A stretch of 64,000 nt of DNA from Octopus sinensis. Taxonomy: Eukaryota. This document shows, piece by piece, positions 1-13,045 of this stretch (its first letter is position 1; each line of letters opens with the position of its first letter). The stretch covers positions 51,770,001-51,834,000 of the forward strand of contig NC_043003.1 in NCBI RefSeq assembly GCF_006345805.1, given 5' to 3'. Position numbers and translations under genes: made by a program. The notes under the pieces were generated by a model. The model saw only the letters and a list, made by a program, of their open reading frames with translations, ran no database searches and had not been told where the DNA came from.

Positions 1-239
1 TGAATGAATGAAAAAAATATTTGAATGACGGGAAGCGTGTGAAAGATGGGTGTGAGAAAACGAGTACGATTTAACGTACGCACACACGCATATTTACTCG
101 GAGTTTCCACCAATTCTCTATTTTAAAAGAGAGTTACGTAACCATGTCATCTAAAGAAATGACACAAAAAACAAGCTGAGTAAATTTAACGATACAATAT
201 GTAGAATATGTTTCTTCTGGTCATTATAATTAACGCGAG

Positions 240-241
<2 letters not shown>

Positions 242-311
<70 letters not shown>
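242..311. repeat. (AT)n microsatellite
   Basis: Direct observation; one phase shift at ~281. Confidence 0.97.
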
Positions 312-314
<3 letters not shown>

Positions 315-374
315 TATATATATGTATGTATGTTTTGCTTGTGGCCATTAGGCCGACGAGGCCAGGTTACCAGA

Positions 375-727
375 TAATCGGTCACTGGACTGCGACCATC
401 GTGGAGTACTATTTTGAAGCATTTAGTCGAACAAATCGACCCCAGAACTTTTTTTTTAAAACCTGATCGGCCTCATTTGTCGAGTCTCTGTTGCAGGGAC
501 GTTAACAAACCAAAACCGGTTGTCAAGCGGCGGTGAGGGGCGGGGGCATACAGAAATAAATATACATACGGCGGTCTTCTTTCAGTCTCCGTCTATCAAA
601 TATCACTCACAAACCTTTGGTCGGCCCGGGACTATAGAAGATACTTGCCAAAGGTGCAACGTAGCAGGACTGAACCTGGAACCTTGTGGTTGGAAAACAA
701 GCTTACCACACAGCCACGCATGTGCCT
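375..727 (-). mobile_element. tRNA-derived CORE-type SINE (family A)
   Basis: Reverse complement gives a Pol III head (GGCTGTGTGGT...GGTTCAGTCC), a central CORE-like segment and the tail GGTCGATTTGTTCGACTAA. CpGs are retained. Confidence 0.85.
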
Positions 728-2340
728 ACACACACACACACACACACACACAAGTACATATATGAACAAGTGCGTACGTCTGCTAGATGTCATCTACATA
801 AGTTTAGTACCTCACCACCAACTGTGCGATTGAATAGGCCGGCCTATGATGATTAGAGGCAACAGTTTTTCTCTGAACGGTAATTATCTAATGTGCTTCC
901 CACTTTTTAAGACATTAAGGTATGGTTTGGAGAAGATTTTGGTTATTCTTTCAACGTAGACGCGCACAGAACAGCGACCCAAGAAGGGAGCCTTCATATG
1001 CTTGTCCGACCTTTCAAAAATAGCAGCCAAATTTTCATTCCGTTATTTTTTTACACATTGGATTCTGTAGTCTTGGAAAATAAAATGGCTGGGGGGTTTT
1101 GATCACAGGCCTGATAGATTAGAGCAATTTATGCTCCCTTGGATTCTAGTATAGTTTTTATTTATATTAGGAACATAGAAACTAAACCTTAGTACCTGAC
1201 CAAAATTTTACAGATTCAAGTGTTGCCAAATGAAGAGTGCAGTGATTGTTAAAGTAACTAGTGAATTACCGCAAGACCATGTCAACGAGGAGTACTGTGT
1301 AGAATGTATAATAAATGGACGAGAGAACATTTATAAATTTAATGTGTTATTTTTTTCGTTCTTTCCTTTCTTTCATCTCAACCCTTTCCCTTCAAGCGAG
1401 CCCCACTCCGCCTCGTCTTCAATTGACATTGTAAACTAAGATAGGAAAAGCGTGGTATTATAGAGAGAAACGAGGAGGGACAAGGCAGAGACAGATAGAC
1501 AGATAGATAGATAGTTAGATAGATAGATAGATAGATAAAGAGAGCGAGACAGTGACTATGTTTATTTTGTTGTAGTGATTAGACCGTGATGGAGAAGGAA
1601 ATCTTGTGTGTTCTTTCAGGGAGGTCCTGGGGCAAACTTGAAAGAGAAATCCGTTGAATATATGAAGTTTAGTATGAGAGGAGCAGAAGATGGTGGAAGC
1701 GAAGGATACGGTGGCGATGGTGGTAGCCGGCCTGCTTGATGGTTCTTAGGGCCCAATGGAAGACAGAAGATCGACTTTCAAGTCTAAGCTTACAAAATAT
1801 ATAAGAGTGAAATAGTACGCATGCCATGCGTAAATGTAGTAGTCGTAGTATTATCAGTAACGTAGTGAAAAAAAAGGTTTACTATAAAATAGCGTGCGAG
1901 TATGTACGTAGAAAGATTCTCTCTCACGTGTGTGGCGTAGCTTTTTTTTTCTTCTTTCTTTTTTTTTTTTAACCTCTCCGCCACCACTTACTACATATTC
2001 ACATTCATCTAAGTCCCTTTCCTCCTGACAGAAAACCATAAACCTTGAAAGACCTCTTCACACTGGAGTGTCAATCCGGGGCCAGTTATATATCACAGCA
2101 ACACACATTTCTACGTGTGTGTGTGTGTGTGTATTTTTGTGACTGTATAAATAGCTGCAAGCTCGCATGTCCCTCCCTGTACGTAAACACACTTTCCAAT
2201 GAGTGTGTGTTGAACAAAATGTTAATCCTTTCGTTAATTTCAATGGACCATCGTACACGGCCAGTACTTAAAACCTGAGTTGCTAATGTTTAAATGCGTA
2301 AGATAAACTTCACACCCGAATAAGACGCTAGCCTATCAAT

Positions 2341-2551
2341 CGGGCTGGCAGACTCGTTAGCACGCCGGGCGAAATGCGTAGCCGTATTTCGTCAGCTGTT
2401 ACGTTCTGAGTTCAAATTCCGCCGAGGTCGACTTTGCCTTTCATCCTTTCGGGGTCGATAAATTAAGTACTAGTTACGCCCTGGGGTCGATGTAATCGAC
2501 ATAATCCGTTTGACCCCTCTGTGTTTAGCCCCTTGTGGGCAGTAGTGAAAT
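2341..2551 (+). mobile_element. tRNA-derived SINE (family B)
   Basis: gctggcagactcgttagc A box, gagttcaaattcc B box, central gtcgactttgcctttcatcctttcggggtcgataaa (resembles the Meta-type conserved domain, from memory). Confidence 0.9.
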
Positions 2552-2974
2552 ACATCTTAACTTTTTTCCAATGTTGCATTTTTTTCCTTGTTGGCTTTGT
2601 ACAGTAAACTTTGGGTATTCAAAGACACAAGCCCACGAATTTGAAGAAAGGAATTGGTCAGGCGATCGATATGACTAGCACTTGTGCCAAAATTGGAAAC
2701 CAATATCACTAACACTAGTTATCTTATCTTTTACAAGAAAAAGGATTTGATATTCTTTATAAGGATAATCAAATCAATCCGGTACTTGACGAGTACCGGA
2801 TCGAAGATGAAATTATTTGCTTGTTAAAGACTGATTAATTAGGATTATCATTAAAGTTATTCAAGCTAGAAACGTTTTTTTGTTTCTTTTGCTAGTAGTG
2901 TTTCGAGATAGACCCTTTATTCTGTCTATCTGCCAAGGATACGTCCCAGATAACATTTAACGGAGGAGCCAAGG

Positions 2975-3205
2975 AGGGGGTTTCTACGTGGTCGCTCGAA
3001 TGTTCAGAAATTGCAACCAAATCTACCTGAAATGACACCCTGACGTCTTAAAAATATATTACAATATGTTGGATAATGTAATCCCGGATTCCATGTTTGC
3101 AGGAAGAGAAGCGACGGTGATGGGTTTCACTTGCGGAAAGCCTGTGATCACTTTAATCAGGTTTGTTCAATCAAGGCTGATCTGAGCTCTAAAGAACAAT
3201 AACCA
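2975..3205. repeat. Abundant ~230-bp interspersed repeat (family D)
   Basis: Shares the motifs gctatttctagc, gatcaaaggcattccagc and gacc(t)ggg..aaacaac with about 20 decayed copies (e.g. ~9330, 9600, 9840, 18950, 20000, 22500, 28300, 39200, 42220, 42850, 53410, 53900, 55620, 58500, 61560). Confidence 0.7.
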
Positions 3206-3548
3206 CAGCAACAAGCGATAGGCCAGCGTCATATATCATTCAAGGAGACTACAGGTCTGTGTCGGTAAGGCTTGTATCATTTGGAAAAATCGACAGCAAG
3301 CGTACAGGAAAATTGCTGCGGTGAGTGGAGTATCAAACATTTCAGAGTCCTTTAGGGTCAACATACTGATGATGTTTACATTTTCTCTCCGATTTTGGTA
3401 TGCAAAACTCAAGGATTACTTGGATTACAGGAGTAGATACTAAATATTGTTGATAGGTGATGATATCTAGATTACGTGGGAAGGTTACACTTTAGGTTAC
3501 GTCGTATCAAAGTTAAAGATTACCCGTGTAGAAAACATCTATACTTAC

Positions 3549-3735
3549 ATATCATATAACTTCACTTCGATTTTCGCAGCAGCCATCACAGCCTGTAGGT
3601 GAAGTAACATAGACTCCACACTCAATATATTTAGTCCATTTTCTGGTGTCTGGATAATGACCTCGTACGTTGTACCACTTCCTTCACCTATCGTTTTCCT
3701 TGTATAATCCCGTTCTTTGGACAGACGACCATCTT
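3549..3735 (-). CDS. ptc: Patched coding exon, equivalent to PTCH1 exon 3 (extracellular domain 1)
   Basis: Minus strand tttctctttcatttttatcaacatgcag|AAGATGGTCGT...TATGATAT|gtaagt. Joined in phase 1 to the upstream exon (C+AA = Gln) it gives QDGRLSKERDYTRKTIGEGSGTTYEVIIQTPENGLNILSVESMLLHLQAVMAAAKIEVKLYD plus 2 nt, homologous to Patched GGR...EL.YT..KIGE......Q..IQTP....N.L.....L.HL. Length 187 bp. It is not in the ORF track because it has no start codon. Confidence 0.96.
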
Positions 3736-5154
3736 CTGCATGTTGATAAAAATGAAAGAGAAATCACTTAGTTGGTAAATTATCAGAAATTACAGTAAAG
3801 ATTTCAGAATATAAAGAATAAAAATTATAAATAGCAGAGAGAAACATAGATAGATAGATACATAAAGACAGATAGACAAACAGGCATAGATAGATAGATA
3901 AAGAGATAGATAGATAGGCATATGGAGAAATGACAGACCTACTTTATAAATGTGCCAACAAGACAATCTCTGCACAATCGCCTGGCCTGCAGGAAATGTT
4001 AGCTAGAGCTAAATCTCTTTCAGATCACACCCTACAAATGTGTTCTGCCTTAAAAAAGGGACACACTACATTATGTAGTGTTGGGATGGAATGGTCATGA
4101 TAAGAACATTTTTCAGCTTAGGTCTCATGGATCAAGCCTGATAAAAGAATACCAATTCAGCAACATACACAGCAAAGATCTGGTTTATTTATGGAAATGG
4201 TGTATGTAGTCCACCTCCGCCCCCACCCACCCCGCTAAAATATGAGGATTGGGCAATGTTGCAGTCATATTAATGACATCACTCCAGCATGGCCACATCC
4301 CCCGACTGAAACTACGAAAAGAGTAAATGGTTATATATACGTTCAATCTCTGGAATGTCTTTGACTATATGATCTGCTCAACCAGGGCCAGCCTGGGGCC
4401 AAACAACAACCTAGCAAACCCTTCTATATAACAATCTAGTAGAGAAGATCTCAACAGCCATGGTATAGATTCTACTAACTTCAGGTATTAATTATTTCAC
4501 ACACACACATATTCAGGCAAACTGCTCAATCAGAGCTGATCTTAAGGCTTATACAACAACAACACATGTCTATTCATATTACTTTCTTAGTTAGTTAATC
4601 AACATTACACAGGTAATTAGTCCCAGTTGACATGTACACCAAAGACATCTCTCTCTCTCTCTCTCTGGCATGTGGTTAATGGGTTTGCTTCACAACCACA
4701 TGGTTTTGATCTCAATAACACTGCATGGTGAGTGCCCTTTACCGGAGCCAACCAAAGCTTTGAGAAAGGATTTGTAAGATGGAAGCTTACACACGCAATG
4801 TGTGTGTGTGTGTGGGGCTCTTCTTGTTGCCACTCCTCACCCATTTCCAAACAAATTTATATTCCCTGTAGCCGGACATGTTTTCACAGAAGACCAAAAA
4901 CAGAGGACGTCAATGTAAAAACCAGGAACAAAAACCACAAGGCATTTTTTGTCTGGTAATGCCAATCCCAGAACTATTGAACATGGAAACATCTCATTTC
5001 CTTTCCTTTAACATTGTAGACTTCAGTTCTAATTGGCATTGGGTGTTAAGGAGTTGAGGGTGATAGAGCAATAGCTTTTATGGTAAGACTTGCTGGCTAT
5101 CTTATTATATATTTGTATTGTACTGTTCAGCAAGATATGCAACTCTACATAATC

Positions 5155-5510
5155 TAGTTTGCTAAGAAGCTTGCTTCCCAACCACATGGTTCTAGGTTCA
5201 GGCCCACTGCATGGCACCTTGGGCAAGTGTCTTCTACTATAACCTTGAGTCAACTAAAGCCTTGTAAGTGCATTTGGTAGACAGAAACTGAAAGAAGCCC
5301 ATCATAGTGTGTGTGTGTGTGTGTGTGCATGTGTGAGAGAGAGTGTGTGTCATTCATTCCCTACCACTGTCTGACAACTAGTGTAGGGTCTAATAGAGTA
5401 AGTATCAGTCTTAAAAAAAACAAAAAACTACTAGGGTTCATGACTAAAAATTCTTCAAGGCAGTGCCCCAGCATGGCCAAAGTTTAATGACTGAAATAAG
5501 TAAAAGAAAA
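5155..5510 (+). mobile_element. Family A SINE, CpG-decayed
   Basis: aagaagcttgcttcccaacc...ccttgggcaagtgtcttc...ccagcatggcc; the family CpGs appear as TG/CA. Confidence 0.85.
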
Positions 5511-6056
5511 AAATATAAATGGTACCCCCTACTCCATAGTTGAATGGTTAACAGCAGGAAGGGTATTCAGCTTACTGAGCAAATTGCTCTAACAAACAAC
5601 CCATCCTACATATTAGTGGTGTAAGTTTAATACTCTGTTGCAAGTACTTGGACTAGACCCACCACCATTTTTCTGGCAGATGTTCAGGCTGGGTGGGCAC
5701 CAGTCACATCAATATCACTCATCAGAGTGAACCTGCTTCTCCTCTGGCTAATTTATTATAACAAATAAAAAGTAAAACAGCATGGGAGGAAAGGGCTATA
5801 AATTTAGCTATGCCTCTACAAAGCCCATTATTATTATTTTCTATTTTATATAATCTATTTTGTGTTGATTTATAGGTTTACAGTGAGTTAATCAGAGATT
5901 TTAATTGCATTTCTAATGGTCAGACTAACGAAGAAATGTCTGTGCAATACAGGCAGAATAAATATCATAAAGTATGGTTGTCTGATGCATCAATTTATGG
6001 ACAGTTTTTTTTTTCCTCACAGACATGTATATTTTTAACCAATTTATACATACATA

Positions 6057-6271
6057 GGCACAGGCGTGGCTGTGTGGTAAGAAGCTTGCTTCCCAACCAC
6101 ATGGTTTCGGGTTCAGTCCCACTGCTTGGCACTTTGGGCAAGGGTCTTCTACTATAGCCTCAGACCGACTAAAGCCTTGTGAATGGATGTGGTAGACAGA
6201 AACTGAAAGAAGCCCATCAAATTATGATGGGCTTCTTTCAGTTTCTATCTACCACATCCATTCACAAAGAT

Positions 6272-6331
<60 letters not shown>

Positions 6332-6530
6332 ATCTTTGTCCCTCCTTCAGTACCTGACAACCAGTGTTCATGTGTTTATATGTCTGTAACTTAGTGGTTC
6401 AGCAAAAGAGACCAACAGAATGACTAGTAGGCTTAAAAAAATAAGTCCTGGGGAGAAATCTGTTCAACTAAAACTTTTCAAGGCAGTACTCCAGCATGGC
6501 CACAGTCTGAAACATGTAATAAAAGGATAC
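6057..6530 (+). mobile_element. Family A SINE, full length
   Basis: ggcacaggcgtggctgtgtggtaagaagc head, internal (CA)(TA)(TG) microsatellite, family tail. Confidence 0.9.
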
Positions 6531-7844
6531 AAGCACAAACCACATATTTGTGAGTGTACAAAAGATGTAATGTACCCTCCTCTGACAACTCTAACGACTT
6601 GGTGAAATATTTTCTATGTGTGTATGCAGCTCTCAGTAAACCTATCAATTATGATCAAAAATAAACCTGCAACAGCTTCAAGCTATTACGACTACATTAT
6701 GATTACATTATTGAATATGGTTGTCTTTTTAAAGACAATAGGATGTAGTTTGAGAGAGAGAGATTTGGTTATTATTTCAGTTGACTGAATGACCACACAA
6801 GGGGAACAGAGACTTCTTTACGCTGGCATATTTTAGCCTGATATGATGTGTTTGTGTGTGTCATTAATGCATGTATTGTATGCATGAGTTTATATAGACA
6901 TATATATACACACACAATATATTCATAAACATATGTGGTTCTATGCATTTTTTCTATATATATATACTGAAAACAAAATTCTGATTAAAAAACACTCAAA
7001 CTCAAAAAATAAGCAAATATATGTACACACACACACACACACACACATGCACAGACATACAAATGAAGGTGTTTGACTAAATTACTGATTGATATCAAAG
7101 TTATTTTTAAAACAGGTAAATGCATGTATACGTGTGTGTATATGTGTATATATAATGTAGTATAGGATACTATCTTTTATGTGTGTGTGTGTATTACAAT
7201 GTGGTTTGTCATTTTGTCGTGTGTGTGTGTGTGTGTGTGTGTGCTGAACCTTGGCTTCTCTGTTTAAAATTACTTCCTGCCCTTTCCTTCCTCTCCCCAC
7301 TGCCTAGGGTAAGAGAGTTCTCCCCTATCACAGGTGGGTAGCACCCCTAAAGTGCTCAACTACCATGACTTTAATTCCCTTTGACAAGTGTGTCTTCTTG
7401 TGTGGGCCTTCTGCCACTCACCTTCCTCATAACCTCAAGTCCACCACCACCTCCCTACCATCCTGCCTTCCATTCCACAATACAATATACACACTTGTGA
7501 CACAGCCAGCCTATGGTTGTGTGTGTGTGTGTGTGCATGTGTGTGTGTGTGTGTGTGTGTGTTAGCACACAGTAGCAGCTTTCACCCTGTTGATTACACA
7601 CATTTCCTCTTAATCAAATATACCCACTAACTGTTCTAGACACACACACACACACACACACACAAACCACCACCACTACAACTACTGAATTTTTAAACCA
7701 CACAGCCATGCCTGTGCCTATCTATAATTAATATAAATATTAAATGGAGACTTTGGGTTCTTTCTCCACATCTTTTATGTAACCCCTCCCCATGTAAATT
7801 GTTGACAGCCTTTATGATGGGCTCCTCATTTATGCCCCCAAGGC

Positions 7845-8065
7845 TAATAAAAAATAATAATAATAATAATAATAATAATTGTTTCAAATTTTGCCACAAG
7901 GGCAGCAATTTTGGGGGACGAGATGAGTCATTTCATTGACTCCTGTGTCCAACTGGTACTTATTTTATCGACCCTGAAAGGATGAAAGATAAAAGGTCAA
8001 CCTTGGTAGAATTTGAACTAAAAACAGTGACAGGTGAAATATTGCTAAGCATTTCATCCAGCATG
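7845..8065 (-). mobile_element. Family B SINE, CpG-decayed, with (AAT)n at its tail
   Basis: ttttatcgaccctgaaaggatgaaag...atttgaac. Further decayed copies lie near 8640, 13300, 28700, 28950, 43100, 43900, 44200, 45350, 48880, 50400 and 57700. Confidence 0.8.
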
Positions 8066-8636
8066 CCCTGATGCAGTACCAAGCAGTGGCTCTCATGGCT
8101 TTTGATCTTAACTGATTGGAAGTGTTATCATGTACATTGTTTTGTCTTGGTATAAAAGATGGGCTAACAGCAAATATTCTGTTCAATACCGCAGATTTGC
8201 TTGTCAGCTGCATGACCGTAACCAGTTGAGCATGTCCCTTAGTGGCTGACGATATGTGCAGCTCTGATCATGAGCAGAATCAGTGGGGGGGGGGGGAGCA
8301 TCATAACCATGTGTTGAAAGGAATTCTTTGGGATTTGGATAATTCACTTTTGGAAACATACTTAAAATATCCTTAAACAACCCTTATTCAGGGACCTTTT
8401 GAGCAAGAAGGGCTACTCAATTTGAAGAAAATTCTAACTGGGCCCCCACCTGCAAGGTCTATGAGCTGTTTATCCTGATATAAACTCATTACGTCATGTA
8501 CATTTGGTTGTGATGCATGTGCCTGGTGTACTCTTATCAGACAGATAGTCATGATGGGTATACTGGGCTTCGTATATTTTACCCCAGTGTTACTTTGATG
8601 GCATGCACTGCTCTCTCACTTAATAATAATAATAAT
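8066..8636 (+). mobile_element. LINE 3'-end-like repeat with (AAT)n tail, copy 1
   Basis: About 570 bp shared with 43320-43817, ending ctctctcact(aat)n. Clade not determined. Confidence 0.7.
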
Positions 8637-10289
8637 CCTTTCTGTTATAGGTACAAGGCCTATTATAGGTACTCAGCTGGTACTTAATTTATTGACCCCA
8701 AAATGATAAAATGCAAAGTCAATAATAACCGATATCAATATGGGCAATAAACATAAAATGATAATGATGATGATGATGATGATGATGAATAATGTCAACC
8801 CCAACCCCATCTCCCCCATTGATCAGACTTGAAGTTTTAATTAGGTTTTCGTATTTGCTGTTCTTATAAGTGATCTTACTTTTCTATCTACCTTCTAGTT
8901 AAACAACTGAAGTCACATATTAGGTGGGAGTTGTGGTGGTGGTGATGGTGACAGCAAGGGTTATAAGACATTGCTAAGACGTGAGAGGGAGAGAGGCAGG
9001 TGTGTATGTGTGTGTTCCTTGCTAGCTTCCGGAGCTCTTTGTATGTGAAATAGCCTGGATATCCTTGCTAATGGAAGAGGGGTAAGAGGAGGTATGATAA
9101 GGTGGAGGCTTAGGTCAACAGTATTAAATATTGAGATGTTCCTCTTTTATACAGATCTCCAGTGAAATAAATAAGCTGACCCTTTTTTTTAAAGAAAAAA
9201 CTTGGCCAGTTCTGGGATTTATTGAGTCTTTCTTTATCTCACCTGGTCCTTATATTACCTTCATCAACAAGTAGGGCGTTCAAACTGATCTTATATATCA
9301 GCCAAATGTACATCATTATCATGAGCCATTGTGGGGAGCCTCAATGTGGTCATTTGACTTCCTAGAAATGGCAACCAGATTTCCTTTAAATCACACTGCC
9401 ATACTCAATACAGACAGAACATACTGGATAATGTAATTATGATCTGATATAACCATAAAAAAGCAAATGCATTGGTGATAAGCTAGAATGCCTTTCATCA
9501 TAGGCTGGCTTGATTAGGCCTGTCCTTGGGCAAAAAAGAAATAGACCCACCATGAATCAAGCCTAAGCAACAAGAAGGAAACACTTGTTCAACTTGGTTA
9601 GAAATAGCAGCTGAATGTCTCCAAAGTCAGTTATATCATCTCTTAAGAAAGCAGAGAAATATTTAATAATGTAGTCATATATGCACTATGTCAAGAAAAA
9701 GGTGGAGCAGCCATGGTTGGAATGTCTTATGGTTGAAAGTTAGCTTGATTAATGCTGATATGGGTAAAACACTACCACAAGTCAATAAAGTAACTATTTC
9801 CCCTCTGTTTCAAAGACATTCTACCTACTAGTGGCTAGATTTCCATCAAATTCCATTCTAATATTGTAAAAAAAGATAAGACATGTTTGATAATGTAGTC
9901 CTAGATACAAGATGTCTGGAAAGAAAGAAAGCAATGTGATGGTCATATCTGGAACTTACTTGATCACAAGGTTTCTTAGGTAAAGATCAACCTGAAGTTA
10001 AACAACATGAATCTCACCACTAGTTTGGGATTGTCAGCTTGCAAACAAATTGGTTCATTAGCTTCATTATTTTTTCTTAAAAATTAGCAGCATAATAAAG
10101 ACAAATGATAAAGATATCCCTGTTTCTTACATGGCTACACATTTTGGGAAGGATGTGATTGATGGAATTGACTTTAGTTATAACCACTACCACCACCACT
10201 ACTATCACTAATAACACAACAATACTACCACCATTACATCACTGTTTCATCACCATCACCATTACCAAGTTGAGATCAACAGAGTAATT

Positions 10290-10560
10290 CAGGTTATCAT
10301 AGTAGCTAACCTTCCTATCCTGGATAACACAGTACCAAGCAGTTATTTGTTGCTCCTGCCTGTGAAGTCTCTTCCTGGACAGAGGCACAAGTTGGTTGCA
10401 AGATTAACCACTTGCTGCTGTTGCTGCCACAGCAGGTACTCACTTTCAGCTGAATGAACAAACAGGAGCAATGTGAAGTGAAACACCTTGCTCAACAACA
10501 CAATGTGCAGCTTGATCTGGGAATCAAATCCAAAGCCTTACATTGTAACCAACACCACTG
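10290..10560 (-). mobile_element. Old CORE-like SINE
   Basis: Reverse complement ...gttgagcaaggtgtttcacttcacattgctcc...ttcagctg; degenerate B box at ~10525. Confidence 0.5.
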
Positions 10561-11272
10561 GTGTCTGGGCTGGGGCAAACAGAGATACCGACTAAGACCA
10601 ACACATACATATACACACTTTTGTCATCATGATGTCCTGCTTTCATGCCGGGATGGGTTAAACAGGTTGTTACAATTCAGGCTGGTTCTTGTTGGGAGTT
10701 ATGTTCTACATAAATGTTTTAGTTTTGGCTTTGTTTCTATAACTGGATGCTCTACCTGTCACCAACTATATTTGCACAGTAATCTGACTTCTTTTTCTAG
10801 CATGTCAAGTAACTGCGCAGAAGCTTAACTCGAAAAGAAAATGATAAGTACTGGAGCTGATTTGTTTGACTAAATAAACCCTTTAAGGTGGTGCCCCAGT
10901 ATGGCCACAGTCCAATGACTGTAACAAATAAAAGATATATGCATGTGGTCAGTTGTTTAGAACTATAAGCCTATTATAAGTACTGCAACAACTTTCCTCC
11001 TCTTAATTCAAAATAACCCCTTCCCATTCTTCCATTGCTAATGACAGAACCAGGTTTTGACCTTCAACAAATAAGAGGGAGGCTAACATCTCCAGGGGGA
11101 ACCTTCACCTCCTTCCAGTATGAATTGAATTGTGGTTGTTGATATTTCGATGAATCCTTGAGCAGAACATTCAGCTATTTCAAGGCTGTAAAAACACTTG
11201 CCATATCAACAATACGCAGATTTATCATCACATTTGGAAAAGCCGTTTCTCTCCTCCCCACTGCATTCTCTT

Positions 11273-11280
<8 letters not shown>

Positions 11281-11341
<61 letters not shown>
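11281..11341. repeat. (AT)n microsatellite, ~30 units
   Basis: Direct observation. Confidence 0.97.
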
Positions 11342-11343
<2 letters not shown>

Positions 11344-12630
11344 GTACATATGTATGTGCACATTCATACACACACACACATACACATGTATAATAAATAA
11401 ACAAATATAATGGCAGTTTGATTCTTTCCCAATGTATGTGTATATGCATGTATGCATATCTGTGTGTGTTTATTTGTTTCCCTTTTTGTTTTGCCCATTC
11501 TTGCCCATGAATACAAGCTACCACCTAACACACATGTACACAGACACAAGCAACAAAACAAACTCCATTCAAACTGCCAAGCTTTTATATACATCTTAAT
11601 GAGCAAATTGTTCAAATGCTTAAAACTGTGTGCTATATATACATACATATATATCAGCATGTGAGTCTGGCGGGGTTCTTAGATTGTAAACTTTGTTTTT
11701 CCTTTTAACATTGTTCTTCTTATTGAGGGCAGTTTGTTTTATTACCATTTAAACAGTCAGTAGTATACATTGTTTCACAACAATCACACCACACCACCAC
11801 CATGAGGCCCTCTACCTCCACCACCACCACTACATACATCTACCACCACAACCAAAACCTGTCACAATACTCAGTATTACTCCTCCTGTACTATAAACCA
11901 TCTTGATTGTTCAAGGATCTCTGCCTTGTGGTTAGCATTTTGTGGGGAGTATGAACGAAAGGGGGTGGGAATGGGGAATAAACCAGTGGAGTTGAGTTTG
12001 GTGTCATTTCATTTTCACTGAAAATATGTGTGTGTGATTTGGAAGACCTTGGTCCAAAACATTTCCCAATTGATTCAGCCACACACACATATCAGCCAGC
12101 TTATGGCATATATTCATCAATGAAAATAATTTTAAGATATTGATACTCTACTTTACTGAAAAATTACATTAGAGCTGTAATTACAGTCGAGCATGGGAAA
12201 GTGGGTTTAACACTTTCATGAATATATTATTTCTAAATATGAATAGGCTGCTTCTTTTGTGTGCTTTAATTCATTCCTAAAATACTCAAGGATTTTGAGA
12301 ACCATAGCTCTAGGCTTTATTTATTTGTATATAGGCATGGGCATAGCTGAATTGTTAAAATTTTTTGCCTCGCAACTACATGGTTCTGAGTTCTGTCCTA
12401 CTGTGTGACAGAAAACATCTTCAATCTAGCTTTAGATTGAGAGAAGCCTTAAGAAATTTGGTAGACAGAAATAAACTGTGTGAAAGCCATTCTCTTAGAT
12501 TTATATATGAATGTGTCTATAATATGAAGAACAATGGCATCATTAGTGGGTCAATAGAATGCACTTGTATTTAGTTCTGTCTTGATTATGTCCCTTTACA
12601 TTCAAGTCAATTTTGTCTTTCTGTCCCACC

Positions 12631-13045
12631 AAACACTCCAAAAAAACTGATGAAAGGGAGTCTTCTTTCATCAGGACAATGTTCCAGCACACAAAGTACT
12701 TGGTTTCAATGGCTGCTGTATGTGAGTGTGGCTTTGAACCTTTGAACTGGTTGACCACCCTTCCTATTCTTCTGACTTAGCCTCATGTGACTATCATCTG
12801 TTTCCCAACATGAAAAAACACTTGGTTGGGAACCAGTATTGCGGTGATTACATTACATCTGCTGCTGATAACGTTTTTGACCAACACGATAAAAGTTTCT
12901 TCACCAATTGGATCCAAGCACTGCAACACCAGAGGAAGACATGTGTGGACTGCAAAGGGGAACCGTGCTGAAAAATAAACTCCATTTGGTCACATTCCAT
13001 GAGAGTATCTTGGTCAGCCTATGAACTTTTCAGCCAACCCTCATA
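12631..13045 (+). mobile_element. Decayed mariner transposon, 3' end
   Basis: Frameshifted HQDNVPAH...LVDHPSYSSDLASCDYHLFPNMKKHL (mariner HDNA..H and HPPYSPDLAPSD motifs). It ends in a TIR-like aacttttcagccaaccctc-ata. Confidence 0.85.

Larger units (their letters stand above)
1..3548 (-). other. 5' part of ptc intron 3
   Basis: gtaagt donor at 3548. I recognised no phase-2 exon resembling the next Patched segment (W.L..LCY) within 1-3548. Confidence 0.7.

Noticed and set aside
140-200. Candidate ptc exon 4 after a minus-strand ttctttag acceptor
   Set aside because: The required phase-2 frame hits TGA immediately, and there is no W.L..LCY motif.
11158-11664. Many ORF-track entries rich in YI, HT, CV, VVV or LLL (also ~15200-16460, 25000-26100, 35380-38700, 44800-45240)
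   Set aside because: They are translations of stop-free microsatellites and cryptic repeats, with no protein signature or splice context.
12753-12761. GACCACCCT as a Gli site
   Set aside because: It is the Asp-His-Pro codons of the mariner transposase remnant.
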